Of a stretch of 64,000 nucleotides of DNA, positions 11,406-22,249 are shown piece after piece. The position numbers were made by a program, and so were the translations under genes. The DNA is taken from the NCBI GenBank assembly GCA_963702475.1, contig CAVPCT010000009.1, positions 64,001-128,000 of the forward strand. Reading direction: 5' to 3'. Within the stretch, counting starts at the first letter, position 1. The number at the start of each line of letters is the position of its first letter. This DNA comes from an uncultured Thermoleophilia bacterium. GTDB lineage: Bacteria > Actinomycetota > Thermoleophilia > UBA2241. The notes under the pieces are model-generated. The model did no database searches. It was given only the letters and a program-made list of their open reading frames with translations, and was not told the origin of the DNA.

Positions 11406-13118
11406 GTGACAGCTCGTCAGTTGCAGAAGCAGGCGGCGGTGCTCGCCGTCATCGTGCTCCTGGTGGCGCTCGCCGCGCTCGCCGGGTGCGGCAGCGGGTC
11501 GGACGGGAGCTCGAGGGGACGGCACGGGAGGCAGCGGCTCCGCCAGCCCGTCGGCCGACCAGCCCATCTTCAGGCTGGGCTCCGTGAACGATCCCTACGA
11601 CTCGCTCAATCCGTTCAACGCCCGGTACAGCAGTTCGTTCACGGCGATGACGCTCATGTACCCCAACCTCGTCGAGTTCTCGTCCGCGCTCGAGGCGATC
11701 CCCGACCTCGCCGACTCGTGGGAGTCGAGCGCCGACGGCCTGACCTGGACGTTCAAGCTGCACCCCGGCGCGGTGTGGACCGACGGTGAGCCCATCACCG
11801 CCGCCGACGTCGTGTTCACCATCGAGACGGTGCTGAAGTACAAGGACGACGCGAGCGCGTACCTCAACACGTTCATCCCCGTGGTGACGGGTGCGACCGC
11901 GGTCGACGACACCACCGTCGAGCTGACGCTGTCGGCGCCCTCGGCGACGCTGCTCTCCGACATGTACATGCTGCCCATCCTGCCGGAGCACGTGTGGGCG
12001 CCACTGGCCACGGGCGACGGCTCCCAGCTCAAGACGCCGATCAACGACCCGGCCAAGGAGGACGTCGTCGTGGCCGGCCCCTTCACCATCGAGAAGCTCG
12101 ACCTGAAGGGCACGTCGATCTACAGGCGCGTCGACACCTTCTACGGGACCAAGCCGCTCATCACCGGCTACGGCTTCCAGCTGTTCACCAACGCCGATGC
12201 CGCGGTGCAGGCCCTCAAGACCGACCAGATCGACGCCGCCTACTTCCTGCCGGCCAGCAGCGCGACGGCCTTCCAGGAGGGCACCGGGTTCACCGTCCAG
12301 GGTTTCGGCCAGCTGCCGTGGTTCCTCGCCCCGAACTGCTCCAAGAACTACACGGCGCACCCCGAGATGCAGGACCCGAAGGTCCGTCAGGCGTTCTCGC
12401 TGGCCGTCGACAGGCAGCCCCTCATCGACGCCGTGAACCGCGGGTTCGCCGCCTCCGGCGGGTGGCCGCTGCTCGACGCTTATGTTCCCCAGTTCCTGTC
12501 GCAGCCCATGACCGATCCCGGCTCAGGACGTGGCCGCCGCGAACCAGCTGCTCGACGACCTCGGCTACGCCAAAGGCGGCGACGGTATCCGCGTCGCCGA
12601 CGGCGTGAAGATGAGCTACGACATCCTGGTGTACGCGCCGTGGCGGGCTACGGACGGGCGCAGCGCCGAGCTCATCCGGCAGGACTTCGCCGCGATCGGG
12701 GTGGAGGCCAAGCCGAAGCTGCTGGACGACCCGTACACGGCCATGTGGGGCAACGACTACACGGACTACGCCTTCCTCCTGACGGCCTGGGGAGTCTCTC
12801 CCGACCCGTCGGGGATGCTGATCCTCTCCACCAGCGCCCTGCTCGGCAGCTCGAATCCTACAGGGTTACTCGGACCCCACCTTCGACAAGCTCTACGACG
12901 AGCAGCCGTCGGAGCTCGACCCCGAGAAGCGCAAGGCGATCATCGACGAGATGGCCGGCATGCTGCAGGACCAGCAGGTCTACATCCCGCTCTACGCCGG
13001 GCAGGTGATCACCGCGTGGAGCGACAAGTGGACCGGCGTCCAGGAGGCCGGCTCCCCGCTGGGCTTCTACATGCCGCTGAACAAGCAGATCTTCAACGCG
13101 CTGGCCGTGCAGCAGTGA
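11406..13118 (+). CDS. ABC transporter substrate-binding lipoprotein, family 5 (Opp/Dpp-like), copy 1; frameshifts
   Basis: Lipobox LAGC; DSLNPF, PDLADSWE.SADGLTWTFKL, WTDGEPITAADVVFT, GPF and DPKVRQA motifs; TGA at 13116-13118. Confidence 0.88.
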
Positions 13119-13234
13119 GCTGAGAGCCTGCCGACTGCGGAGCGACCGTCGGCCGGGGCGGCCGGGCTTGGGCCCGGCCGCCCCGGCCGCTGGCGGCTCC
13201 GGTGCGGGGAGGTGCCGGGCCCGCAACGACCTTC

Positions 13235-13955
13235 GCCCGGTGTCCGGTTCGGTGAACGCCTCCACGATGCCGGCCCGGCCGCGGCGAGCGCGCTCTCGCC
13301 GTCGGCGGCCACCCGCAGCGGGACCTCCCCGTCCATCCGCATGCGCAACAGGAGCCGGCCTCCAGCGCCTCGACGGCCCACACCAGGTCCGCCATCGAGC
13401 GTCCCGGACGAGCCTTCGACCGGCGTAGCGCACGATCGCCGCGAGCAGCTCGCCGGTCTCGGCACGTAGCGCTCGTTGGCGGGGCGGTCGCCGGCGGCAA
13501 CGTCCCCCGGCCGCCGCGAGCGCGCCCAGGCCGATCATGAGGAACATGGACGGCTCGGCGAACGACTCGCGGAAGTCCACCTCGATGGTCTCGGCGAGCA
13601 CGGCGCGCCATGGCAGTTTCCGCGCCAGACCGTCAAGTGTCGCGGCGCGCACCCGGTCGATGCCCGGCGTGGCCGCCTGGTCGAGGATACGGGAGAGCAG
13701 GTCCGCCTGGAACTCCGCCGGGTGGGCCAGATGTTGTACACGGCCCCGGTGGTCATGGCGCGCCCGTCCGCGCCGTTCCCGCCGGCCCGGTTCGCCTCTT
13801 CGAGCACGTCCGTGAAAAGGACGTCGGCGAGCGGATTCACGGAGGCGCCGTAGTCGCCGGCCACGCGCGCCTCAACCAGCCGCACCGCCGCCGCCAGCAA
13901 CAGGTCGCGGGTCTCTTCGCGTGTGTCGCCGTCGCGCGACGCCGTGTTTGCCCAT
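13235..13955 (-). CDS. Atypical TetR-like regulator or hypothetical protein; frameshifted, 3' end uncertain
   Basis: GAGGAGG RBS; ETRDLLLAAAVRL...MTTGAVYNIWP resembles a TetR HTH with an insertion between helices. Confidence 0.55.
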
Positions 13956-13988
13956 AGACACCTCCTCGCCGAAAGGCTACCATGCACA

Positions 13989-14005
13989 GCGTAGATTCCC
14001 TACGC
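13989..14005. promoter_or_regulatory. Palindrome GCGTAG-N5-CTACGC, candidate operator
   Basis: Perfect 6-bp inverted repeat between the divergent TetR-like gene and SBP copy 2; minus-strand TTGACA nearby at about 14019-14024. Confidence 0.4.
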
Positions 14006-14114
14006 ATTCGCTCTACGGTGTCAATGCGGTCGCGCGTGTCGCGCGCGACCGCGGTCCAGTCATCAAGAGGGCGAATCGGCGGCGGTGCGCCGGCGCGCAT
14101 CAAGGAGGCGGACA

Positions 14115-15830
14115 CGACCGGAACCCGCATATCTGGCGTAGGCCACGCGCGGCTGGTGGCGGCGCTCGCCCCCGTCGTGCTGGTGGCGGTCGCCGCCACC
14201 GGCTGCGGCGGGACTCCGGGGCGCCGGGACCACCGGCTCGGCCAGCCCCAGCGGCGACCAGCCGGTCTTCAGGCTGGGCACCGTGGGCATATCCTACGAT
14301 TCGCTGAACCCGTTCGTCGGCGTGTACGCCCAGGACTACGCGGCGTGGATGCTGATGTACCCTAACCTCGTCCAGTACACCAACGACCTCGAGGCCCAGC
14401 CCTGATCTTGGCGGAGTCGTGGACCACGAGCGCGGACGGCCTCACGTGCAACGTTCGCACTCAAGTCCGGCGCGGTCTGGACGGACGGTAAGCCCATCAC
14501 GGCCGGCGACGCGGCCTTCACCATCAACACCGTCGTTACGCTGCAGGGTGGCGCGGCCGCCGCGCTCAGCCCGTTCGTTCCCGGCATCGAGAGCGCCACG
14601 GCCGTCGACGACACCACGCTCGTGGTCAAGGTCGGCGCGCCGTCCGCGGCACTCCTCGCCAACCTGTTCCAGCTCCCCATCCTTCCCGAGCAGTTCTGGC
14701 TGTGTACGCCGAGGGCGACGGGGGCAAGCTGAAGACCGCGACCATGGACCCCGCCAAAGAGACGGTCGTCGCGGCGGGACCCTTCACCATCGAGAAGCTG
14801 GACCTCAAGGGCGCGACGATCTTCAAGCGCGTGGACACGTTCTACGGCCCCAAGCCGCTGATGACGGGCTACGGCTTGCAGCTGTTCACCAATGTGGATG
14901 CGGCGATCCAGGCCCTCAAGGCCGGCCATATCGACGCCCTTACCAATTCCCGCCCACGCCCGCCGAGAGCGGTGAAAGCGACGCCCTCTTCAGACCCAGG
15001 GGATCGCGGTAGCATCCCTCCTACCTCGTCGTCAACTATCCGAGTCAACAACAAGAAACACCCTGAGTTGCCCGACCTGAAGGTGCGCCACGCCCTCGAT
15101 ACTGGCCGTCGACCGCGCGGCGCAGATCTACACGGCTTACAGCGACTTTGCCATGCCCGGGGGCTCGTTCTCCTTCCCCCTGTACGCGCCCAAGTTTATG
15201 TCGGCGGAGGGCCCAGTCACCGAGCGCGATGTCGACCAAGGCGAACTAGATCCTCGACGACCTGGGCTTCGCCAAAGGTAGTGACGGCATCCGAGTCGCC
15301 GACGGGGTGAAGATGGAGTACACGGTCCTCGTCGGCACAGCGAACCGGCGCCATCAAAACGCCGCCTTCGGAGAATCCTCGCAGCAGGGCCTCGCCGAAA
15401 TAGGCATCGGCCTGGAGCGAAGGTCCTCGACAACCAGGTCCACGCTCATTATCGCCGCGCCGAGAGCCCTACACGGACTACGACATGACGTTCCTCGATA
15501 TCGGGCCTCACGCCCGACCCGGACAGGTCCGCACTCCTCTCGACCACCACCATGCTCGGCGCGTAACTTCACCGGCTACTCCAATCCCGCAGTACGACGA
15601 CCTCTGACTCAACAGACGAGCGCGATAGACCCCGACAAGCGCAAGGGGATCATCGACCAGATGGCGGCCATGCTCGCAGCAGGACCAGGTCTATCAGGCC
15701 CATCTGCGACATCCAGATGGTCATGGCGGGGAGAAAGGCGTGGCAGGGGGTACCCGACGCGGGCGGCCCCTTCGGCTATACAGATATCGGAACAAGGGCC
15801 CAGTTCAACCGCTCTGGCGGTAAGCAGTAA
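14115..15830 (+). pseudogene. ABC family 5 substrate-binding protein, copy 2; heavily frameshifted (error-rich sequence or decayed)
   Basis: Lipobox ATGC; YDSLNPF, MYPNLV, AGPFTIEKLDLKG, RVDTFYGPKPL and DPDKRKGIIDQMA match copy 1; many indels; start codon not intact. Confidence 0.7.
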
Positions 15831-15875
15831 GGGGCGGCAGGAGAGCCGGACGCAATATGACTCTGCTCGAGGGCG

Positions 15876-16841
15876 TTGAGCAAGCGCCAGAAGTACGTCG
15901 TGCGTCGCGCCGGGAGCGCGCTGCTGATCGCCTTCGTCGCGATCGGCTTCAGCTTCGTGCTGTTCCGCGTGCTCCCGGGCGACGCAGTCTCCGAACTTCG
16001 GTCGCGTCCCCAACATCACCCCCGAGATGTGGGGCCGCCATCCGGCCCAGTTCGGATCGACCGGCCGCTGACCGCGCAGTACGTCCTCTATCTCGGGGAA
16101 GCTGGCCCGCGGCGACCTCGGTGTCTCGCTACCAGACGCAGCAGCCGGTGCTCGGGACCTCCTGACGTCGGTACGCAACACCATTCCCATGTTCCTCGCC
16201 GGCGCCGGTCGCCATACTCGTCGGGACCCTTGTCGGGGTGACCAGCGGGTACCGCCAGGGCAACCCGCGAGACCGCCTCATCACCGGCTCCGCCATGCTC
16301 CTCTATCCGATGCCCATCCAGTGGCTCGCCCTGTTCCTGCTCGTCTGGCCTCGCCGGCTGGTTGCCCAATCCGGCATGAGCGATCCCTACCTCTTCGATG
16401 CCGGGCCCTGGCAGGTGGTCGTCGACCGCGCCCGCCACATGCTGCTGCCGGCGACCTGCGTCGCGCTCATGCTCTTCGGGTCCTTCGCCCTCGTCGTGCG
16501 CAGCTCGCAGCTCGAGGCGCTCGGCGACGACCACGTGCTCACCGCGCGCGCCAAGGGCTATCGCAACCGCCGCATCGTGTGGCGTGAGGCGTTCCGCTCG
16601 GCGATGCTGCCCCTGGTCACCCTCTCTACCCTCACGCTCGGGTGGGTCATCGGCGGGGACCATCCTCGTGGAGTCGGTCTTCACCTGGCCCGGCGTGGGT
16701 CTCGCCACGGTGCAGGCCGTGGCGGCGCGCGACTACCCGCTGCTCCAGGGCATCTTCCTCGTCGTCACCGTCTCCGTCGTGGGCTTCAACTTCCTCGGCG
16801 ACGTGCTGCACTCGGTGCTCGACCCGCGGGTCGTCGAATGA
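15876..16841 (+). CDS. Opp/Dpp ABC transporter permease (OppB-like); frameshifts
   Basis: YVVRR..., VLPGD, EAA-like loop HVLTARAKG, VESVFTWPGVG, RDYPLLQG, LDPRV. Confidence 0.85.
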
Positions 16842-17713
16842 GGCTGGCCCGCCTCCTCCTGCGCCGCCCCACGATCGTCGCCGGGATCGTCATCGTCGCG
16901 CTCTTCACGGCGGTCGCGCTGCTCGCGCCCGTGCTCGAGCCCTACTCGATCACGCGCCCCAGCGGCGCCCCTTCGAGCCGCCCTCGGCGGCCCACTGGAT
17001 GGGCACGGACGACGCCGGCATCGACATGCTACCTCGTAATCGCCGGCGCCCAGAACTCGATGCTCGTTGGCTTCGCCGCCGCGTTCGTCGCGGTACTGAT
17101 CGGCGGGACGCTGGGCATCGTCGCCGGTACAAGGGGAGCTGGGAGAGACCACCGTCACCGGCGTCACCGACTTCTTCCTCGTCATTCCGGGCCTGCCTCT
17201 GATGATCGTCTGGCCGCGCTCTTCGGGCAGACCATCTACCACATCGTGCTCGTGATCGGTCTGCTCAGCTGGATGAGCGTGACCTACGTGGTGCGCGCCC
17301 AGGTGCACACGCTCAAGGAGCGCGGCTTCGTCGCCCGGCGAGGACCTGGGCGCCGGCGATCTCTACATCATCCGGCGCCACATCCTCCCCCACGTGGCCC
17401 CGTTGCTCGTGGCTCAGACGGTGCTCACCGTCGCCTCCGCGGTCTTCTTCGAGGCGGCGCTCGCCTTCATCGGGCTCGGCGACCCACGCGTGTCCTGGGG
17501 CACCATCATCGAGAACGCCTTTCTGCACTCGGCCGTCTCCTCCGGCGCCTGGTGGGCGATCGTGCCGCCCGGCATCTGCATCGCCCTCGTCGTGCTCGGC
17601 GGCTTCCTCGTCGGCCAGGGCGTGGAAGAGGCCATGAACCCGCGCCTCGGCACGCCCACGTCTCGCCGAGCTGTACCGCCGGCGCCGCGCGACGGCGGAG
17701 GACGAGGCGTGAG
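16838..17713 (+). CDS. Opp/Dpp ABC transporter permease (OppC-like); frameshifts
   Basis: PPSAAHWMGTDDAG.D, VVRAQV, RHILPH, EAALAFIGLG, SWG and WWAIVPPG motifs. Confidence 0.85.
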
Positions 17714-18665
17714 CGTGCTCGAGCTCACCGGCCTTCACGTGTGGTTCGACGCCCCGGACGGCCGGTCCGCCCACGCCGTGCGGGGCGTCGACCTCGCGGT
17801 CGGGGCCGGCGAGCGCGTCGGCGTGCTCGGCGAGTCGGGCTGCGGCAAGACCACCCTGATCCTCGCGGCCATGGGCCTGCTGCCCTCGTTCGCGGCGGTC
17901 GCGGGCAGCGTGCTGCCTCGACGGCGTCGAGGTGCTCGCGCGCGGCGAGGAGAGTGCCCGGGCCGTCCGCTGGACGCACGCCGCCATGGTCTTCCAAGGG
18001 GCCATGAGCGCCCTCAACCCGGTCTACCGGGTCGGCAAGCAGATCGCCGACCCCATGGTGGTGCACGGGCAGCGCTCGAAGGCCGAGGCCCGAGCGCGCA
18101 CCGGCGAGCTGCTCGAGCTCGTCGGCCTGCCCGCGAGTGTCGCCCGCCGCTACCCGCACGAGCTCTCGGGCGGCATGCGCCAGCGCGCTGTGATCGCCAT
18201 GGCGCTCGCCTGCGACCCCAAGGTGCTCTTCGCCGATGAGCCCACCACGGCCCTGGACGTCGTCGTGCAGGCGCAGATCGGCGACCTCCTCGCGGAGCTC
18301 GCCGACAGGCTGGGGCTCGCCCTCGTCATGGTCACCCACGACATAGGCATGATCGCCGAGACCAGCGCCCGGGCGGTCGTCATGTACGCCGGCGTGATCG
18401 TCGAGGACGGCCCCACCTTCGATGTGCTCACGGAGCCGCGCCACCCGTACACGCGGCTGCTCCTCGAGGCCACGCCGGTGGTCAACCGCGACCGTCCGCT
18501 CGTCTCCATCCCCGGCACGCCGCCGCGCCTCGACGAAGCCGTCAGCGGCTGCGCCTTCGCCGCCCGCTGCCCGCACGTGTTCGCGGCCTGCTCCGTGCGG
18601 CCGCAGCTGTCTGGCGAGGGCACGCCGCCGCCTGCCACGCCCTGGAGCAGGGGAGGCTCGCGTGA
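17709..18665 (+). CDS. Opp/Dpp ABC transporter ATP-binding protein (OppD-like); frameshifts
   Basis: GESGCGKT, MVFQ, YPHELSGGMRQR, ADEPTTALD, HPYT and GCAFAARC motifs. Confidence 0.9.
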
Positions 18666-19690
18666 GCGCCGGCCGCCTCAGCCCCCGGCGACCACGCGCG
18701 GCCCGGCGACGGCGAGCACCTCCTCGAGGTGCGAGACCTCTCCGTGCACTTCACGCTGAAGCGCTCGTTCTCCGACCGCCTCGCGATCGCGGCGGGCAGG
18801 TGGCCCGCGCCGTCGACGGGGTGTCGCTCGCCCTCGACCGCGGCGAGCTCCTCGCTCTCGTCGGCGAGTCGGGCTCGGGCAAGACCACAACGGCGCTCGC
18901 CGCCCTGCGCCTGCTCGACCCCACTGCCGGCGCCGTGCTGCTCGACGGTCGCGACGTCACCGCGCTGTCGCACCGTGAGCTGCGCCCGCTGCGCCGCCGC
19001 GCCCAGCTCATCCACCAGGACCCGTACGCCGCCCTCGATCCTCGCCTGCGCACCCGTGACCTCATCGCCGAGGCCCTGCGCATCCACGGGCTCGCGCCCT
19101 CGGAGGAAGCGGAGCGCGCGGTGGTCCACGACGCGCTGGAGAAGGTCGGCCTCACCCCGTTGAGACCTTCGCGGAGCGCTACCCGCACCAGCTCTCCGGC
19201 GGTCAGCGCCAGCGTGTGGCCATCGCCGGCAGCCTGGTGCTCGGCCCGTCCTGCTCGTGGCCGACGAGCCCGTCTCTATGCTCGACGTCTCCGTGCGCGC
19301 CGGTATCCTGCAGCTGCTCGACAAGCTCCGCCGCGACGAGGGCGTCGGCATCCTGATGATCACCCACGACCTGGCCACGGCGGCGCACGTCTCCGATCGG
19401 GTCGCGGTCATGTACCACGGCAACCTCGTCGAACTCGGGCCTGCCCGCACCGTCATCGATGCGCCACAGCACCCGTACACGCAGGCGCTCATCTACGCCG
19501 TGCCGCGCGTGCACCGCGAGGAGGAGCGCGTGCGCACCTTGCCCGGCGAACCGCCGGACGCGGCGCACGTGCCGTCCGGTTGCCGCTTCCACCCACGCTG
19601 CCCGCTCTGCGAGGAGCGCTGCCGCAGCGAAGTGCCGACGCTGTTGCCGGCCGCCGGCGAACCGGGCGTGCTGCGTGGCCTGCCATCTGA
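18662..19690 (+). CDS. Opp/Dpp ABC transporter ATP-binding protein (OppF-like); frameshifts
   Basis: [40 protein letters not shown] and GCRFHPRCP motifs. Confidence 0.9.
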   Translation: MSAGRLSPRRPRAARRRRAPPRGARPLRALHAEALVLRPPRDRGGQVARAVDGVSLALDRGELLALVGESGSGKTTTALAALRLLDPTAGAVLLDGRDVTALSHRELRPLRRRAQLIHQDPYAALDPRLRTRDLIAEALRIHGLAPSEEAERAVVHDALEKVGLTPLRPSRSATRTSSPAVSASVWPSPAAWCSARPARGRRARLYARRLRARRYPAAARQAPPRRGRRHPDDHPRPGHGGARLRSGRGHVPRQPRRTRACPHRHRCATAPVHAGAHLRRAARAPRGGARAHLARRTAGRGARAVRLPLPPTLPALRGALPQRSADAVAGRRRTGRAAWPAI

Positions 19691-19739
19691 GATCGGACGG
19701 CGCGGTCGCGCCGCGTCCGTCCGGAGAGGAGCCGCGACC

Positions 19740-20615
19740 GTGAAAGTCTCGATAGGCGACGTGTCACTGTGGTTCGACGTGCTCAACGCCGGGCTGGTCA
19801 CGGACGGCCCGGTCATGCGTGAGAAGCCGGTGGTGCTGGCCCTCCACGGGGGCCCCGGCTTCGACCACACCGACTTCAAGGACATCCTCGAGCCGTTCTT
19901 CGACCTCGCGCAGGTGGTGATGTACGACCACCGCGGCAACGGGCGCAGCGACGACGGCGATGTGGCCCGGTGGAACCTCGAGCAGTGGGGCGACGACGTG
20001 CACGCCTTCTGCGGCGCGCTCGGCATCGAGAAGCCGTTCGTGCTGGGCTGGAGCTTCGGTGGCATGGTCGCCCAGTCGTACGCGTCGCATCACCCGGACG
20101 CGATCGGCGGCCTTATGCTGCTCTCCACCGCCCCGCGCATCTCGGAGGAGCAGTTCGGGCCGGTCTTCGAGCGGGTCGGCGGCCCGGAGGCGCGCGAGAT
20201 CGTGCGGCGCTTCCTCGTGGATCTCGACGAGAGCGCGTTCGACGAGTACACCCGCGTCTGCCTCCCGTACTACACCGTCAAGCGCGATCCCCTGCACCTG
20301 AGCTACCGCGAGACTCGACCCATCATCCGGACCGAGGTGACCCGCCACTTCTTCACCGGGGAGGCCTGGCGGATGGACCTGCGTCCCGGGCTTACCGCGG
20401 TCACATGTCCGACGCTGATCCTCAACGGCGTGCACGACCCCATCACGCCGCCGGAGTGCTCCGACGAGCTCGCGGCGGCGCTGGCCGGCGCGCCGGTGAC
20501 GCGCGTGATCGGACAGGCCAGCTCGCACGACGTACCCGAGGACGAGCCCGAGCTGTTCGAGGGCGCCGTGCGTGACTTCCTGAGCGGCTGTCTGGCGGCG
20601 CGGGAGGCGCAGTGA
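19740..20615 (+). CDS. Alpha/beta hydrolase (proline iminopeptidase-like)
   Basis: HGGPG, DHRGNGRS, nucleophile elbow GWSFGG, Asp (HDP) and His (SSH). Confidence 0.88.
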   Translation: MKVSIGDVSLWFDVLNAGLVTDGPVMREKPVVLALHGGPGFDHTDFKDILEPFFDLAQVVMYDHRGNGRSDDGDVARWNLEQWGDDVHAFCGALGIEKPFVLGWSFGGMVAQSYASHHPDAIGGLMLLSTAPRISEEQFGPVFERVGGPEAREIVRRFLVDLDESAFDEYTRVCLPYYTVKRDPLHLSYRETRPIIRTEVTRHFFTGEAWRMDLRPGLTAVTCPTLILNGVHDPITPPECSDELAAALAGAPVTRVIGQASSHDVPEDEPELFEGAVRDFLSGCLAAREAQ

Positions 20616-21915
20616 GCGCCGCCGCGGGTCCTTCGTTCGCCCTGCGCCACGCGTGTGTGCTTGAACAGGACGGCGGCTTCTCCGGCGAACAGGACGTGGT
20701 CGTCGAGGGCGGCATCGTGACGGAGGTCGGCACCGGCCTTACTGTCCCGGAGGCACGCCGGTCTACGACCTGAGTGGCCTCTGGCTGATGCCCGGCGTCT
20801 TCGACTGCCACGCCCACATGGCGTCCTCCACGGTGGACGAGCGTGAGCTGCTGCGCACGCCGCTCTGGTACGCCACGCTGGAGACGGCCGTGAACCTGCG
20901 CAAGACGCTCGACGCCGGAGTCACCTTCGTGCGGGACGCGGGAGGCACGGACGCCGGCTGCGAAGCGCGCCGTGGAGGATGGCCTCGTGGCCGGCCCACG
21001 GCTGCAGGTCGCGATCGTCCTGCTGAGCCAGACGGGCGGCCACGGCGACACCTACTCCGAGCGCGTGGGCGTGGACCCCGACCCGGTCTTCGGCCATCTC
21101 CTGACCACCGTCGACGGCGTCGACGACATGCGCGTCACGGTGCGGCGCCTGCTGCGCGACGGCGCCGATTGCATCAAGCTCTGCACGAGTGGGGGCGTGG
21201 TCTCCCCCACGACACGCCCTGGGACACGAGCTTCACCACCGAGGAGATCGCCACCGCCGTCTTCGAGGCCGGCCGGCGAGGAAAGCCGGTGATGAGCCAC
21301 GCCATCGCCGGCGAGGGCATCGACCTGGCCGTCGCCTGCGGGATCCGCTCGATCGAGCACGGCACGATGCTGACCGAGCGTCAGGCGGCCGCGATGGCGG
21401 CTGCCGGCTGCTGGCTGGTCCCGACACTGTCCATCGTCAACGACCTGATCGAGACGGCCTCGGCCAAACGGAGCGAGGAGTCGGTGGCGGCCCCTTCGTA
21501 CGCCATCAAGAAGGTGCTGGAGCTGCGCGACTCGTTCGGCGAGTGCGTGCGCATCGCCCGCGACGCCGGCGTGCGTATCGCCACCGGCTGCGACTGGATC
21601 GACCGCCGCCAGCACGGCCGCAACCTCGAGGAGCTCGCGCTGCTCCGCGAGGCCGGTCTCACGGTCGAGGAGACGCTGCTGGCTGCGACCGCGAGCGGGG
21701 CCGAGCTCTGCGGCGTCGGCGACCGCTACGGGCGAGTCGCGCCCGGCTACGTCTTCGACGCGATCGTGCTCGGCTGCGACCCCTCGGACGCGGCGGTCTT
21801 TCGCGACAGGGGGACCGTTCGCGAGGTGTTCAAGGGCGGGGTCGCCTGCCGCAGCGACGGCGACCTTCTTGCGGACGTGGGCCGGCGTCGGCCGAGCCGC
21901 CGGCGGGCGGCCTAA
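20612..21915 (+). CDS. Metal-dependent amidohydrolase, copy 2; frameshifts
   Basis: MPGVFDCHAH, IKLCTSGGV, MSHA, IEHGT and ATGCD motifs; close paralogue of 10029-11310. Confidence 0.88.
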
Positions 21916-22154
21916 GGTGTCCGCCTCCATCCCGCGCTCTCCCGGCGTGACGCACACACGGGCGATCGTCGTCGGCGTGACGGCGACGCGTCGGGCGGCT
22001 CCGGAGGGCGGCCTGATCGCGCCGCCCGAAGGGCGCCGCAGGGCGGTCCCCTCCGGCGGCCCGGCGCCCGGCTCCGGGGCAGCCCCGGTGACGCCGGTCG
22101 CACCCGGGTGTTGTATCCAGCGCCAGAACGTCGCATACTGCACGCGTCTTGTGG

Positions 22155-22180
22155 GGAAGTGATATATCCATATCACTTCC
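22155..22180. promoter_or_regulatory. Perfect inverted repeat GGAAGTGATAT-ATCC-ATATCACTTCC, candidate operator (core TGATA-N6-TATCA)
   Basis: 11-bp arms with a 4-nt spacer, about 70 nt upstream of the AOR start. Confidence 0.7.
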
Positions 22181-22249
22181 GGTCAGCTCCGGGCGGCGGA
22201 AGGCTGAGCGTGGGCGACGCTCCGGCCCCGGGAAAGGATGTGAGCGACC

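Noticed and set aside
19257-20615. ABC ATPase-hydrolase fusion
   Set aside because: Probably a frameshift near the oppF 3' end; the hydrolase has its own GAGGAG RBS and GTG at 19740
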